A program made the translations under genes and the position numbers. The notes under the pieces were generated by a model, which was not told the origin of the DNA, made no database searches, and saw nothing but the letters and a program-made list of their open reading frames with translations. From contig NW_027306095.1 of the NCBI RefSeq assembly GCF_964355755.1, forward strand, positions 503,001-567,000: a stretch of DNA of 64,000 nt, read 5' to 3'. Numbering within the stretch: the first letter of the stretch is position 1; each line of letters opens with the position of its first letter. Shown here in pieces: positions 12,415 to 26,100 of this stretch. The stretch is from Antedon mediterranea (lineage: Eukaryota > Animalia > Echinodermata).

Positions 12415-15400
12415 ATGCGATTTGAAGCTATTTTGTGCACTTTGATGTTTTTGTGTGAAAAGTTTCATCGAAATGCACAAAATGGTCTAAAACGTCTCTA
12501 AATGCGATTTGAAGCTATTTTGTGCACTATGATGTTTTTGTGTGAAAAGTTTCATCGAAATGCACAAAATGGTCTAAAACGTCTCTAAATGCGATTTGAA
12601 GCTATTTTGTGCACTTTGTCGTTTTTGTGTGAAAAGTTTCATCGAAATGCTCAAAATGGTCTAAAACGTCTCCAAATGCGATTTGAAGCTATTTTGTGCA
12701 CTTTGATGTTTTTTTGTGAAAAGTTTCATCGAAATGCACAAAATGGTCTAAAACGTCTCTAAATGCGATTTGAAGCTGTTTTGTGCACTTTGATGTTTTT
12801 GTGTGAAAAGTTTCATCGAAATGCACAAAATGGTCTAAAACGTCTCTAAATGCGATTTGAAGCTATTTTGTGCACTTTGATGTTTTTTTGTGAAAAGTTT
12901 CATCGAAATGCACAAAATGGTCTAAAACGTCTCTAAATGCGATTTGAAGCTATTTTGTGCACTTTGTCGTTTTTGTGTGAAAAGTTTCATCGAAATGCTC
13001 AAAATGGTCTAAAACGTCTCCAAATGCGATTTGAAGCAATTTTGTGCAATTTGATGTTTTTGTGTGAAAAGTTTCATCGAAATGCACAAAATGGTCTAAA
13101 ACGTCTCCAAATGCGATTTGAAGCTATTTTGTGCACTTTGATGTTTTTTTGTGAAAAGTTACATCGAAATGCACAAAATTGTCTAAAACGTCTCTAAATC
13201 CGATTTGAAGCTATTTTGTGCACTTTGTCGTTTTTGTGTGAAAAGTTTCATCGAAATGCTCAAAATGGTCTAAAACGTCTCCAAATGCGATTTGAAGCAA
13301 TTTTGTGCACTTTGATGTTTTTGTGTGAAAAGTTTCATCGAAATGCACAAAATGGTCTAAAACGTCTGCAAATGCGATTTGAAGCTATTTTGTGCACTTT
13401 GTCGTTTTTGTGTGAAAGGTTTTTTCGAAATGCACAAAATGGTCTAAAACGTCTCCAATTGCGATTTGAAGTTATTTTGTGCACTTTGATGTTTTGTGTG
13501 AAAAGTTTTATCGAAATGCTCAAAATGGTCTAAAACGGTTTCAAATGTGATTTTAAGCACTTTGATATTTTTGTGTAATCAAGTTTCATCGAAATGCACA
13601 AAATGGTCTAAAACGTCTGCAAATGCGATTTAAAGCTATTTTGTGCACTTTAATGTTTTGTGTGAAAAGTTTTATCGAAATTCTCAAAATGGTCTAAAAC
13701 GGTTTCAAATGTGATTTTAAGCACTTTGATTTTTTTGTGTAATCAAGTTTCATCGAAATGCACAAAATGGTTTAAAACGTCTGCAAATGCGATTTGAAGC
13801 TATTTTGTGCACTTTGATGTTTTTGTGTGAAAAGTTTCATCGAAATGCACAAAATTGTCTAAAACGTCTCCAAATACGATATTAAGCTATTGTATGCACT
13901 TTGATGTTTTTGAGTGAAAAGTTTTTTCGAAATGCACAAAATGGTCTAAAACGTCTCCAAATGCGATTTTGAGCTCTTTTGTACACTTTGATGTTTTGTG
14001 TAAAAAGTTTGCTATTTTGTGCACTTTAATGTTTTGTGTGAAAAGTTTTATCGAAATGCTCAAAATTGTCTATAACGGTTTCAAATGTGATTTTAAGCAC
14101 TTTGATATTTTTGTGTAATCAAGTTTTTTCGAAACGCACAACATGGTCTAAAACGTCTCTAAATGCGATTTGAAGCTATTTTGTGCACTTTGATGTTTTT
14201 TTGTGAAAAGTTTCATCGAAATGCACAAAATGGTCTAAAACGTCTCTAAATGCGATTTGAAGCTATTTTGTGCACTTTGTCGTTTTTGTGTGAAAAGTTT
14301 CATCGAAATGCTCAAAATGGTCTAAAACGTCTCCAAATGCGATTTGAAGCAATTTTGTGCAATTTGATGTTTTTGTGTGAAAAGTTTCATCGAAATGCAC
14401 AAAATGGTCTAAAACGTCTGCAAATGCGATTTGAAGCTATTTTGTGCACTTTGATGTTTTTGTGTGAAAAGTTTCATCGAAATGCACAAAATTGTCTAAA
14501 ACGTCTCCAAATACGATATTAAGCTATTGTATGCACTTTGATGTTTTTGAGTGAAAAGTTTTTTCGAAATGCACAAAATGGTCTAAAACGTCTCCAAATG
14601 CGATTTGGAGCTCTTTTGTGCACTTTGATGTTTTGTGTAAAAAGTTTGCTATTTTGTGCACTTTAATGTTTTGTGTGAAAAGTTTTATCGAAATGCTCAA
14701 AATTGTCTAAAACGGTTTCAAATGTGATTTTAAGCACTTTGATATTTTTGTGTAATCAAGTTTTTTCGAAACGCACAACATGGTCTAAAACGTCTCTAAA
14801 TGCGATTTGAAGCTATTTTGTGCACTTTGATGTTTTTTTGTGAAAAGTTTCATCGAAATGCACAAAATGGTCTAAAACGTCTCTAAATGCGATTTGAAGC
14901 TATTTTGTGCACTTTGTCGTTTTTGTGTGAAAAGTTTCATCGAAATGCTCAAAATGGTCTAAAACGTCTCTAAATGCGATTTGAAGCTATTTTGTGCACT
15001 TTGATGTTTTTTTGTGAAAAGTTTTATCGAAATTCTCAAAATGGTCTAAAACGGTTTCAAATGTGATTTTAAGCACTTTTATGTTTTTGTGTAATCAAGT
15101 TTCATCGAAATGCACTAAATGGTTTAAAACGTCTGCAAATGCGATTTGAAGCTATTTTGTGCACTTTGATGTTTTTGTGTGAAAAGTTTCATCGAAATGC
15201 ACAAAATTGTCTAAAACGTCTCCAAATACGATATTAAACTATTGTATGCACTTTGATGTTTTTGAGTGAAAAGTTTTTTCGAAATGCACAAAATGGTCTA
15301 AAACGTCTCCAAATGCGATTTGGAGCTCTTTTGTGCACTTTGATGTTTTGTGTAAAAAGTTTGCTATTTTGTGCACTTTAATGTTTTGTGTGAAAAGTTT

Positions 15401-15601
15401 TATCGAAATGCTCAAAATGGTCTAAAACGGTTTCAAATGTGATTTTAAGCACTTTGATATTTTTGTGTAATCAAGTTTCATCGAAATGCACAAAATGGTC
15501 TAAAACGTCTGCAAATGCGATTTAAAGCTATTTTGTGCACTTTGATGTTTTTGTGTGAAAAGTTTCATCGAAATGCACAAAATGGTCTAAAACGTCTCTA
15601 A

Positions 15602-15688
15602 ATGCGATTTGAAGCTATTTTGTGCACTTTGATGTTTTTGTGTGAAAAGTTTCATCGAAATGCACAAAATGGTCTAAAACGTCTCTAA
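15602..15688 (+). repeat. Representative consensus 87-bp monomer
   Basis: atgcgatttgaagctattttgtgcactttgatgtttttgtgtgaaaagtttcatcgaaatgcacaaaatggtctaaaacgtctctaa; counted 87 nt, 29 G+C, 3 CpG, one GTGCAC palindrome. Confidence 0.97.
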
Positions 15689-18569
15689 ATGCGATTTGAA
15701 GCTATTTTGTGCACTTTGATGTTTTTGTGTGAAAACTTTCATCGAAATGCTCAAAATGGTCTAAAACGTCTCCAAATGCGATTTGAAGCTATTTTGTGCA
15801 CTTTGATGTTTTTTTCTGAAAAGTTTCATCGAAATGCACAAAAATGGTCTAAAACGTCTCTAAATGCGATTTGAAGCTATTTTGTGCACTTTGATGTTTT
15901 TGTGTGAAAAGTTTCATCGAAATGCACAAAATGGTCTAAAACGTCTCTAAATGCGATTTGAAGCTATTTTGTGCACTTTGATGTTTTTTTGTGAAAAGTT
16001 TCATCGAAATGCACAAAATGGTCTAAAACGTCTCTAAATGCGATTTGAAGCTATTTTGTGCACTTTGTCGTTTTTGTGTGAAAAGTTTCATTGAAATGCT
16101 CAAAATGGTCTAAAACGTCTCCAAATGCGATTTGAAGCAATTTTGTGCACTTTGATGTTTTTGTGTGAAAAGTTTCATCGAAATGCACAAAATGATCTAA
16201 AACGTCTGCAAATGCGATTTGAAGCTATTTTGTGCACTTTGATGTTTTTTTGTGAAAAGTTTCATCGAAAGGCACAAAATTGTCTAAAACGTCTCTAAAT
16301 GCGATTTGAAGCTATTTTGTGCACTTTGTCGTTTTTGTGTGAAAAGTTTCATCGAAATGCTCAAAATGGTCTAAAACGGTTTCAAATGTGATTTTGTGCA
16401 CTTTGATGTTTTTGTGTAATCAAGTTTCATCGAAATGCACAAAATGGTTTAAAACGTCTGCAAATGCGATTTGAAGCTATTTTGTGCACTTTGATGTTTT
16501 GTGTAATCCAGTTTCATCGAAATGTACAAAATTGTCTAAAACCTCTCAAAATGCGATTTGAAGCTATTTTGTGCACTTTGATGTTTTTGTGTGAAAAGTT
16601 TCATCGAAATGCACAAAATTGTCTAAAACGTCTCTAAATGCGATTTGAAGCTATTTTGTGCACTTTGTCGTTTTTGTGTGAAAAGTTTCATCGAAATGCT
16701 CAAAATGCTCTAAAACGTCTCCAAATGCGATTTGAAGCAATTTTGTGCAATTTGATGTTTTTGTGTGAAAAGTTTCATCGAAATGCACAAAATGGTCTAA
16801 AACGTCTGCAAATGCGATTTGAAGCTATTTTGTGCACTTTGATGTTTTTGTGTGAAAAGTTTCATCGAAATGCACAAAATTGTCTAAAACGTCTCCAAAT
16901 ACGATATTAAGCTATTGTATGCACTTTGATGTTTTTGAGTGAAAAGTTTTTTCGAAATGCACAAAATGGTCTAAAACGTCTCCAAATGCGATTTGGAGCT
17001 CTTTTGTGCACTTTGATGTTTTGTGTAAAAAGTTTGCTATTTTGTGCACTTTAATGTTTTGTGTGAAAAGTTTTATCGAAATGCTCAAAATTGTCTAAAA
17101 CGGTTTCAAATGTGATTTTAAGCACTTTGATATTTTTGTGTAATCAAGTTTTTTCGAAACGCACAACATGGTCTAAAACGTCTCTAAATGCGATTTGAAG
17201 CTATTTTGTGCACTTTGATGTTTTTTTGTGAAAAGTTTCATCGAAATGCACAAAATGGTCTAAAACGTCTCTAAATTCGATTTGAAGCTATTTTGTGCAC
17301 TTTGTCGTTTTTGTGTGAAAAGTTTCATCGAAATGCTCAAAATGGTCTAAAACGTCTCCAAATGCGATTTGAAGCAATTTTGTGCAATTTGATGTTTTTG
17401 TGTGAAAAGTTTCATCGAAATGCACAAAATGGTCTAAAACGTCTGCAAATGCGATTTGAAGCTATTTTGTGCACTTTGATGTTTTTTTGTGAAAAGTTTC
17501 ATCGAAATGCACAAAATTGTCTAAAACGTCTCTAAATGCGATTTGAAGCTATTTTGTGCACTTTGTCGTTTTTGTGTGAAAAGTTTCATCGAAATGCTCA
17601 AAATGGTCTAAAACGTCTCCAAATGCGATTTGAAGCAATTTTGTGCACTTTGATGTTTTTGTGTGAAAAGTTTCATCGAAATGCACAAAATGGTCTAAAA
17701 CGTCTGCAAATGCGATTTGAAGCTATTTTGTGCACTTTGTCGTTTTTGTGTGAAAAGTTTTTTCGAAATGCACAAAATGGTCTAAAACGTCTCCAATTGC
17801 GATTTGAAGTTATTTTGTGCACTTTGATGTTTTGTGTGAAAAGTTTTATCGAAATGCTCAAAATGGTCTAAAACGGTTTCAAATGTGATTTTAAGCACTT
17901 TGATATTTTTGTGTAATCAAGTTTCATCGAAATGCACAAAATGGTCTAAAACGTCTGCAAATGCGATTTAAAGCTATTTTGTGCACTTTAATGTTTTGTG
18001 TGAAAAGTTTTATCAAAATTCTCAAAATGGTCTAAAACGGTTTCAAATGTGATTTTAAGCACTTTGATGTTTTTGTGTAATCAAGTTTCATCGAAATGCA
18101 CTAAATGGTTTAAAACGTCTGCAAATGCGATTTGAAGCTATTTTGTGCACTTTGATGTTTTTGTGTGAAAAGTTTCATCGAAATGCACAAAATTGTCTAA
18201 AACGTCTCCAAATACGATATTAAGCTATTGTATGCACTTTGATGTTTTTGAGTGAAAAGTTTTTTCGAAATGCACAAAAGGGTCTAAAACGTCTCCAAAT
18301 GCGATTTGGAGCTCTTTTGTGCACTTTGATGTTTTGTGTAAAAAGTTTGCTATTTTGTGCACTTTAATGTTTTGTGTGAAAAGTTTTATCGAAATGCTCA
18401 AAATTGTCTAAAACGGTTTCAAATGTGATTTTAAGCACTTTGATATTTTTGTGTAATCAAGTTTTTTCGAAATGCACAACATGGTCTAAAACGTCTCCAA
18501 ATGCGATTTGAAGCTATTTTGTGCACTTTGATGTTTTTGTGTGAAAAGTTTCATCGAAATGCACAAAAT

Positions 18570-20100
18570 GGTCTCAAACGTCTGGAAATGCGAGTTGAAG
18601 CTATTTTGTGCACTTTGTCGTTTTTGTGTGAAAAGTATATTCGAAATGCTCAAAATGGTCTAAAACGTCTCCAAATGCGATTTGAAGCTATTTTGTGATT
18701 TTAAGAACTTTGATGTTTTTGTGTGAAAAGTTTCATCGAAATGCACAAAATGGTCTAAATGCGATTTGAAGCTATTTTGTGCACTTTGATGTTTTTTTGT
18801 GAAAAGTTTCATCGAAATGCACAAAATGGTCTAAAACGTCTCCAAATACGATATTAAGCTATTGTATGTATGTTGATGTTTTTGTGTGAAAAGTTTTATC
18901 GAAATGCTCAAAATGGTCTAAAACGGTTTCAAATGTGATTTTAAGCACTTTGATGTTTTTGTGTAATCAAGTTTCATCGAAATGCACAAAATGGTCTAAA
19001 ACATCTGCAAATGCGATTTTAAGCTATTTTGTGCACTTTCATGTTTTGTGTGAAAAGTTTTATCGAAATGCTCAAAATGGTCTAAAACGGTTTCAAATGT
19101 GATTTTAAGCACTTTGATATTTTTGTGTAATCAAGTTTCATCGAAATGCACCAAATTGTCTAAAACGTCTGCAAATGCGATTTGAAGCTATTTTGTGCAC
19201 TTTGATGTTTTTGTGTGAAAAGTTTCATCGAAATGCACAAAATGGTCTAAAACGTCTCCAAATATGATATTAAGCTATTGTATGCACTTTGTTGTTTTTA
19301 TCTGAAAAGTTTTCACGAAATGCACAAAAGATCTAAAACGTCTCTAAATGCGATTTGAAGTTATTTTGTGCACTTTAATGTTTTGTGTGAAAAGTTTTAT
19401 CGAAATGCACAAAATGGTCTAAAACGTCTCCAAATGCGATTTGAAGCTATTTTGTGCACTTTGATGTTTTGTGTGAAAAGTTTCACCAAAATGCACAAAA
19501 TGGTCTAAAACGTCTCCAAATCCGTTTTGAAGCTAATCTAAGCACTTTGATGTTGTTATGTTAAACAAGTTTTTTCGAAATGCACAAAATGGTCTAAAAC
19601 GTCTCCAAATACGATATAAGCTCTTTTGTGCACTTTGATGTTTTGTGTAATAAGTTTTATAGAAACGCACAAAATGGTCTAAAACGGTTTCAAATGTTAT
19701 TTTAAGCACTTTGATATTTTTGTTTAACCAAGTTTCATCGAAATGCACATAATGGTCTAAAACGTCTCCAAATGCGATTTGAAGCTGTTTTTGTGTGAAA
19801 AGTTTTTTCGAAATACACAAAATGGTCTAAAACGTCTCCAAATACAATTTGGAACTCTTTTGTGCACTTTGATGTTTTTTGTCAAAAGTTTTATAGAAAT
19901 GCTCGAAATGGTCTAAAACGGTTTCAAATGTGATTTTAAGCACTTTGATATTTTTGTGTAATCAAGTTTCATCGAAATGCACAAAATGGTCTAAAACGTG
20001 TTCAAATGCGATTTGAAGCTATTTTGTGATTTTAAGAATTTTGATATTTTTGTGTAATCAAGTTTCATCGAATGCACAAACTGTTCTAAACCTCTCAAAA
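18570..20100 (+). repeat. Diverged satellite block DB1 (about 1.5 kb), first of 7 copies
   Basis: Markers tctcaaacgtctggaaatgcgag, aagtatattcg, gtatgtatgttg, gctaatctaagcac..gttgttatgttaaacaag, gtttaaccaag, cgtgttcaaa. The gttgttatg marker lies near 19552, 27490, 32334, 40272, 45280, 53105 and 61913. Confidence 0.9.
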
Positions 20101-23100
20101 TGCGATTTGAAGCTATTTTGTGCACTTTGATGTTTTTGTGTGAAAAGTTTCATCGAAATTCACAAAATTGTCTAAAACGTCTCCAATTACAATATTAAGA
20201 AATTCTATGCACTTTGATGTTTTTGAGTGAAAAGTTTTTTTCGAAATGCACAAAATGGTCTAAAACGTCTCCAAATGCGATTTGGAGCTCTTTTGTGCAC
20301 TTTGATGTTTTGTGTAAAAAGTTTGCTATTTTGTGCACTTTAATGTTTTGTGTGAAAAGTTTTATCGAAATGCTCAAAATTGTCTAAAACGGTTTCAAAT
20401 GTGATTTTAAGCACTTTGATATTTTTGTGTAATCAAGTTTTTTCGAAATGCACAACATGGTCTAAAACGTCTCCAAATGCGATTTGAAGCTATTTTGTGC
20501 ACTTTGATGTTTTTTTGTGAAAAATTTCATCGAAATGCACAAAATGGTCTAAAACGTCTCTAAATGCGATTTGAAGTTATTTTGTGCACTTTGATGTTTT
20601 GTGTGAAAAGTTTTATCGAAATGCTCAAAATTGTCTAAAACGGTTTCAAATGTGATTTTAAGCACTTTGATATTTTTGTGTAATCAAGTTTCATCGAAAT
20701 GCACAAAATGGTCTAAAACGTCTGCAAATGCGATTTAAAGCTATTTTGTGCACTTTGATGTTTTGTGTGAAAAGTTTTATCGAAATTCTCAAAATGGTCT
20801 AAAACGGTTTCAAATGTGATTTTAAGCACTTTGATGTTTTTGTGTAATCAAGTTTCATCGAAATGCACAAAATGGTTTAAAACGTCTGCAAATGCGATTT
20901 GAAGCTATTTTGTGCAATTTGATGTTTTTGTGTGAAAAGTTTCATCGAAATGCACAAAATTGTCTAAAACGTTTCCAAATACGATATTAAGCTATTGTAT
21001 GCACTTTGATGTTTTTGAGTGAAAAGTTTTTTCGAAATGCACAAAATGGTCTAAAATGCGATTTGGAGCTCTTTTGTGCACTTTGATGTTTTGTGTTAAA
21101 AGTTTGCTATTTTGTGCACTTTAATGTTTTGTGTGAAAACTTTTATCGAAATGCTCAAAATTGTCTAAAACGGTTTCAAATGTGATTTTAATCACTTTGA
21201 TATTTTTGTGTAATCAAGTTTTTTCGAAATGCACAATATGGTCTAAAACGTCTCCAAATGCGATTTGAAGCTATTTTGTGCACTTTGATGTTTTTGTGTG
21301 AAAAGTTTCATCGAAATGCACAAAATGGTCTAAAACGTCTCTAAATGCGATTTAAAGCTATTTTGTGCACTTTGATGTTTTTGTGTGAAAAGTTTCATCG
21401 AAATGCACAAAATGGTCTAAAACGTCTCTAAATGCGATTTGAAGCTATTTTGTGCACTTTGATGTTTTTTTGTGAAAAGTTTCATCGAAATGCACAAAAT
21501 GGTCTAAAACGTCTCTAAATGCGATTTGAAGCTATTTTGTGCACTTTGTCGTTTTTGTGTGAAAAGTTTCATCGAAATGCTCAAAATGGTCTAAAACGGT
21601 TTCAAATGTGATTTTGTGCACTTTGATGTTTTTGTGTAATCAAGTTTCATCGAAATGCACAAAATGGTTTAAAACGTCTGCAAATGCGATTTGAAGCTAT
21701 TTTGTGCACTTTGATGTTTTGTGTAATCCAGTTTCATCGAAATGTACAAAATTGTCTAAAACCTCTCAAAATGCGATTTGAAGCTATTTTGTGCACTTTG
21801 ATGTTTTTGTGTGAAAAGTTTCATCGAAATGCACAAAATTGTCTAAAACGTCTCCAAATACGATATTAAGCTATTGTATGCACTTTGATGTTTTTGAGTG
21901 AAAAGTTTTTTCGAAATGCACAAAATGGTCTAAAACGTCTCCAAATGCGATTTGGAGCTCTTTTGTGCACTTTGATGTTTTGTGTAAAAAGTTTGCTATT
22001 TTGTGCACTTTAATGTTTTGTGTGAAAAGTCGAAATGCTCAAAATTGTCTAAAACGGTTTCAAATGTGATTTTAAGCACTTTGATATTTTTGTGTAATCA
22101 AGTTTTTTCGAAATGCACAACATGGTCTAAAACGTCTCCAAATACGATTTGAAGCTCTTTTGTGCACTTTGATGTTTTGTGTAATAAGTTTTATAGAAAC
22201 GCACAAAATGGTCTAAAACGGTTTCAAATGTGATTTTAAGCACTTTGATATTTTTGTTTAACCAAGTTTCATCGAAATGCACATAATGGTCTAAAACGTC
22301 TCCAAATGCGATTTGAAGCTGTTTTTGTGTGAAAAGTTTTTTCGAAATACACAAAATGGTCTAAAACGTCTCCAAATACAATTTGGAACTCTTTTGTGCA
22401 CTTTGATGTTTTGTGTCAAAAGTTTTATAGAAATGCTCGAAATGGTCTAAAACGGTTTCAAATGTGATTTTAAGCACTTTGATATTTTTGTGTAATCAAG
22501 TTTCATCGAAATGCACAAAATGGTCTAAAACGTGTTCAAATGCGATTTGAAGCTATTTTGTGATTTTAAGAATTTTGATATTTTTGTGAAATCAAGTTTC
22601 ATCGAATGCACAAACTGGTCTAAACCTCTCAAAATGCGATTTGAAGCTATTTTGTGCACTTTCATGTTTTTGTGTGAAAAGTTTCATCGAAATTCACAAA
22701 ATTGTCTAAAACGTCTCCAAATACAATATTAAGCAATTGTATGCACTTTGATGTTTTTGAGTGAAAAGTTTTTTTCGAAATGCACAAAATGGTCTAAAAC
22801 GTCTCCAAATGCGATTTGGAGCTCTTTTGTGCACTTTGATGTTTTGTGTAAAAAGTTTGCTATTTTGTGCACTTTAATGTTTTGTGTGAAAAGTTTTATC
22901 GAAATGCTCATAATTGTTTAAAACGGTTTCAAATGTGATTTTAAGCACTTTAATATTTTTGTGTAATCAAGTTTTTTCGAAATGCACAACATGGTCTAAA
23001 ACGTCTCCAAATGCGATTTGAAGCTATTTTGTGCACTTTGATGTTTTTTTGTGAAAAATTTCATCGAAATGCACAAAATGGTCTAAAACGTCTCTAAATG

Positions 23101-26100
23101 CGATTTGAAGTTATTTTGTGCACTTTGATGTTTTGTGTGAAAAGTTTTATCGAAATGCTCAAAATTGTCTAAAACGGTTTCAAATGTGATTTTAAGCACT
23201 TTGATATTTTTGTGTAATCAAGTTTCATCGAAATGCACAAAATGGTCTAAAACGTCTGCAAATGCGATTTAAAGCTATTTTGTGCACTTTATTGTTTTGT
23301 GTGAAAAGTTTTATCGAAATTCTCTAAATGGTCTAAAACGGTTTCAAATGTGATTTTAAGCACTTTGATGTTTTTGTGTAATCAAGTTTCATCGAAATGC
23401 ACAAAATGGTTTAAAACGTCTGCAAATGCGATTTGAAGCTATTTTGTGCACTTTGATGTTTTTGTGTGAAAAGTTTCATCGAAATGCACAAAATTGTCTA
23501 AAACGTTTCCAAATACGATATTAAGCTATTGTATGCACTTTGATGTTTTTGAGTGAAAAGTTTTTTCGAAATGCACAAAATGGTCTAAAACGTCTCCAAA
23601 TGCGATTTGGAGCTCTTTTGTGCACTTTGATGTTTTGTGTAAAAAGTTTGCTATTTTGTGCACTTTAATGTTTTGTGTGAAAACTTTTATCGAAATGCTC
23701 AAAATTGTCTAAAACGGTTTCAAATGTGATTTTAATCACTTTGATATTTTTGTGTAATCAAGTTTTTTCGAAATGCACAATATGGTCTAAAACGTCTCCA
23801 AATGCGATTTGAAGCTATTTTGTGCACTTTGATGTTTTTGTGTGAAAAGTTTCATCGAAATGCACAAAATGGTCTAAAACGTCTCTAAATGCGATTTGAA
23901 GCTATTTTGTGCACTTTGATGTTTTTGTGTGAAAAGTTTCATCGAAATGCACAAAATGGTCTAAAACGTCTCTAAATGCGATTTGAAGCTATTTTGTGCA
24001 CTTTGATGTTTTTTTGTGAAAAGTTTCATCGAAATGCACAAAATGGTCTAAAACGTCTCTAAATGCGATTTGAAGCTATTTTGTGCACTTTGTCGTTTTT
24101 GTGTGAAAAGTTTCATCGAAATGCTCAAAATGGTCTAAAACGTCTCCAAATGCGATTTGAAGCAATTTTGTGCACTTTGATGTTTTTGTGTGAAAAGTTT
24201 CATCGAAATGCACAAAATGGTCTAAAACGTCTGCAAATGCGATTTGAAGCTATTTTGTGCACTTTGTCGTTTTTGTGTGAAAAGTTTTTTCGAAATGCAC
24301 AAAATGGTCTAAAACGTCTCCAATTGCGATTTGAAGTTATTTTGTGCACTTTGATGTTTTGTGTGAAAAGTTTTATCGAAATGCTCAAAATGGTCTAAAA
24401 CGGTTTCAAATGTGATTTTAAGCACTTTGATATTTTTGTGTAATCAAGTTTCATCGAAATGCACAAAATGGTCTAAAACGTCTGCAAATGCGATTTAAAG
24501 CTATTTTGTGCACTTTAATGTTTTGTGTGAAAAGTTTTATCAAAATTCTCAAAATGGTCTAAAACGGTTTCAAATGTGATTTTAAGCACTTTGATGTTTT
24601 TGTGTAATCAAGTTTCATCGAAATGCAATAAATGGTTTAAAACGTCTGCAAATGCGATTTGAAGCTATTTTGTGCACTTTGATGTTTTTGTGTGAAAAGT
24701 TTCATCGAAATGCACAAAATTGTCTAAAACGTCTCCAAATACGATATTAAGCTATTGTATGCACTTTGATGTTTTTGAGTGAAAAGTTTTTTCGAAATGC
24801 ACAAAAGGGTCTAAAACGTCTCCAAATGCGATTTGGAGCTCTTTTGTGCACTTTGATGTTTTGTGTAAAAAGTTTGCTATTTTGTGCACTTTAATGTTTT
24901 GTGTGAAAAGTTTTATCGAAATGCTCAAAATTGTCTAAAACGGTTTCAAATGTGATTTTAAGCACTTTGATATTTTTGTGTAATCAAGTTTTTTCGAAAT
25001 GCACAACATGGTCTTAAACGTCTCCAAATGCGATTTGAAGCTATTTTGTGCACTTTGATGTTTTTGTGTGAAAAGTTTCATCGAAATGCACAAAATGGTC
25101 TAAAACGTCTCTAAATGCGATTTGAAGCTATTTTGTGCACTTGGATGTTTTTGTGTGAAAAGTTTCATCGAAATGCACAAAATGGTCTAAAACGTCTCTA
25201 AATGCGATTTGAAGCTATTTTGTGCACTTTGTCGTTTTTGTGTGAAAAGTTTCATCGAAATGTACAAAATTGTCTAAAACCTCTCAAAATGCGATTTGAA
25301 GCTATTTTGTGCACTTTGATGTTTTTGTGTGAAAAGTTTCATCGAAATGCACAAAATGGTCTAAAACGTCTCTAAATGCGATTTGAAGCTATTTTGTGCA
25401 CTTTGTCGTTTTTGTGTGAAAAGTTTCATCGAAATGCTCAAAATGGTCTAAAACGTCTCCAAATGCGATTTGAAGCAATTTTGTGCAATTTGATGTTTTT
25501 GTGTGAAAAGTTTCATCGAAATGCACAAAATGGTCTAAAACGTCTGCAAATGCGATTTGAAGCTATTTTGTGCACTTTGATGTTTTTTTGTGAAAAGTTT
25601 CATCGAAATGCACAAAATTGTCTAAAACGTCTCTAAATGCGATTTGAAGCTATTTTGTGTACTTTGTCGTTTTTGTGTGAAAAGTTTCATCGAAATGCTC
25701 AAAATGGTCTAAAACGTCTCCAAATGCGATTTGAAGCAATTTTGTGCACTTTGATGTTTTTGTGTGAAAAGTTTCATCGAAATGCACAAAATGGTCTAAA
25801 ACGTCTGCAAATGCGATTTGAAGCTATTTTGTGCACTTTGTCGTTTTTGTGTGAAAAATTTTTTCGAAATGCACAAAATGGTCTAAAACGTCTCCAATTG
25901 CGATTTGAAGTTATTTTGTGCACTTTGATGTTTTGTGTGAAAAGTTTTATCGAAATGCTCAAAATGGTCTAAAACGGTTTCAAATGTGATTTTAAGCACT
26001 TTGATATTTTTGTGTAATCAAGTTTCATCGAAATGCACAAAATGGTCTAAAACGTCTGCAAATGCGATTTAAAGCTATTTTGTGCACTTTAATGTTTTGT

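Larger units (their letters stand above)
10620..18570 (+). repeat. About 1.9-kb block duplicated at 6086-bp offset (about 10620-12480 and 16706-18570)
   Basis: ORF ends or starts 10824/16910, 11449/17535 and 11450/17536 all differ by 6086; shared variants tatcaaaattctc, aaagggtcta, gaaacgcacaac. Confidence 0.8.

Noticed and set aside
15617-15670. Hairpin as a rho-independent terminator, attC site or tRNA-like RNA
   Set aside because: The stem is AT-rich with no gene context, no cassette ORFs and no cloverleaf; it is simply part of every monomer.
19533-19820. Opposite-strand ORFs such as MCISKKLFTQ... and MSISIKLFTQ...
   Set aside because: They are antisense readings of diverged monomers with non-ATG starts and recur only with block duplications; no coding signal.
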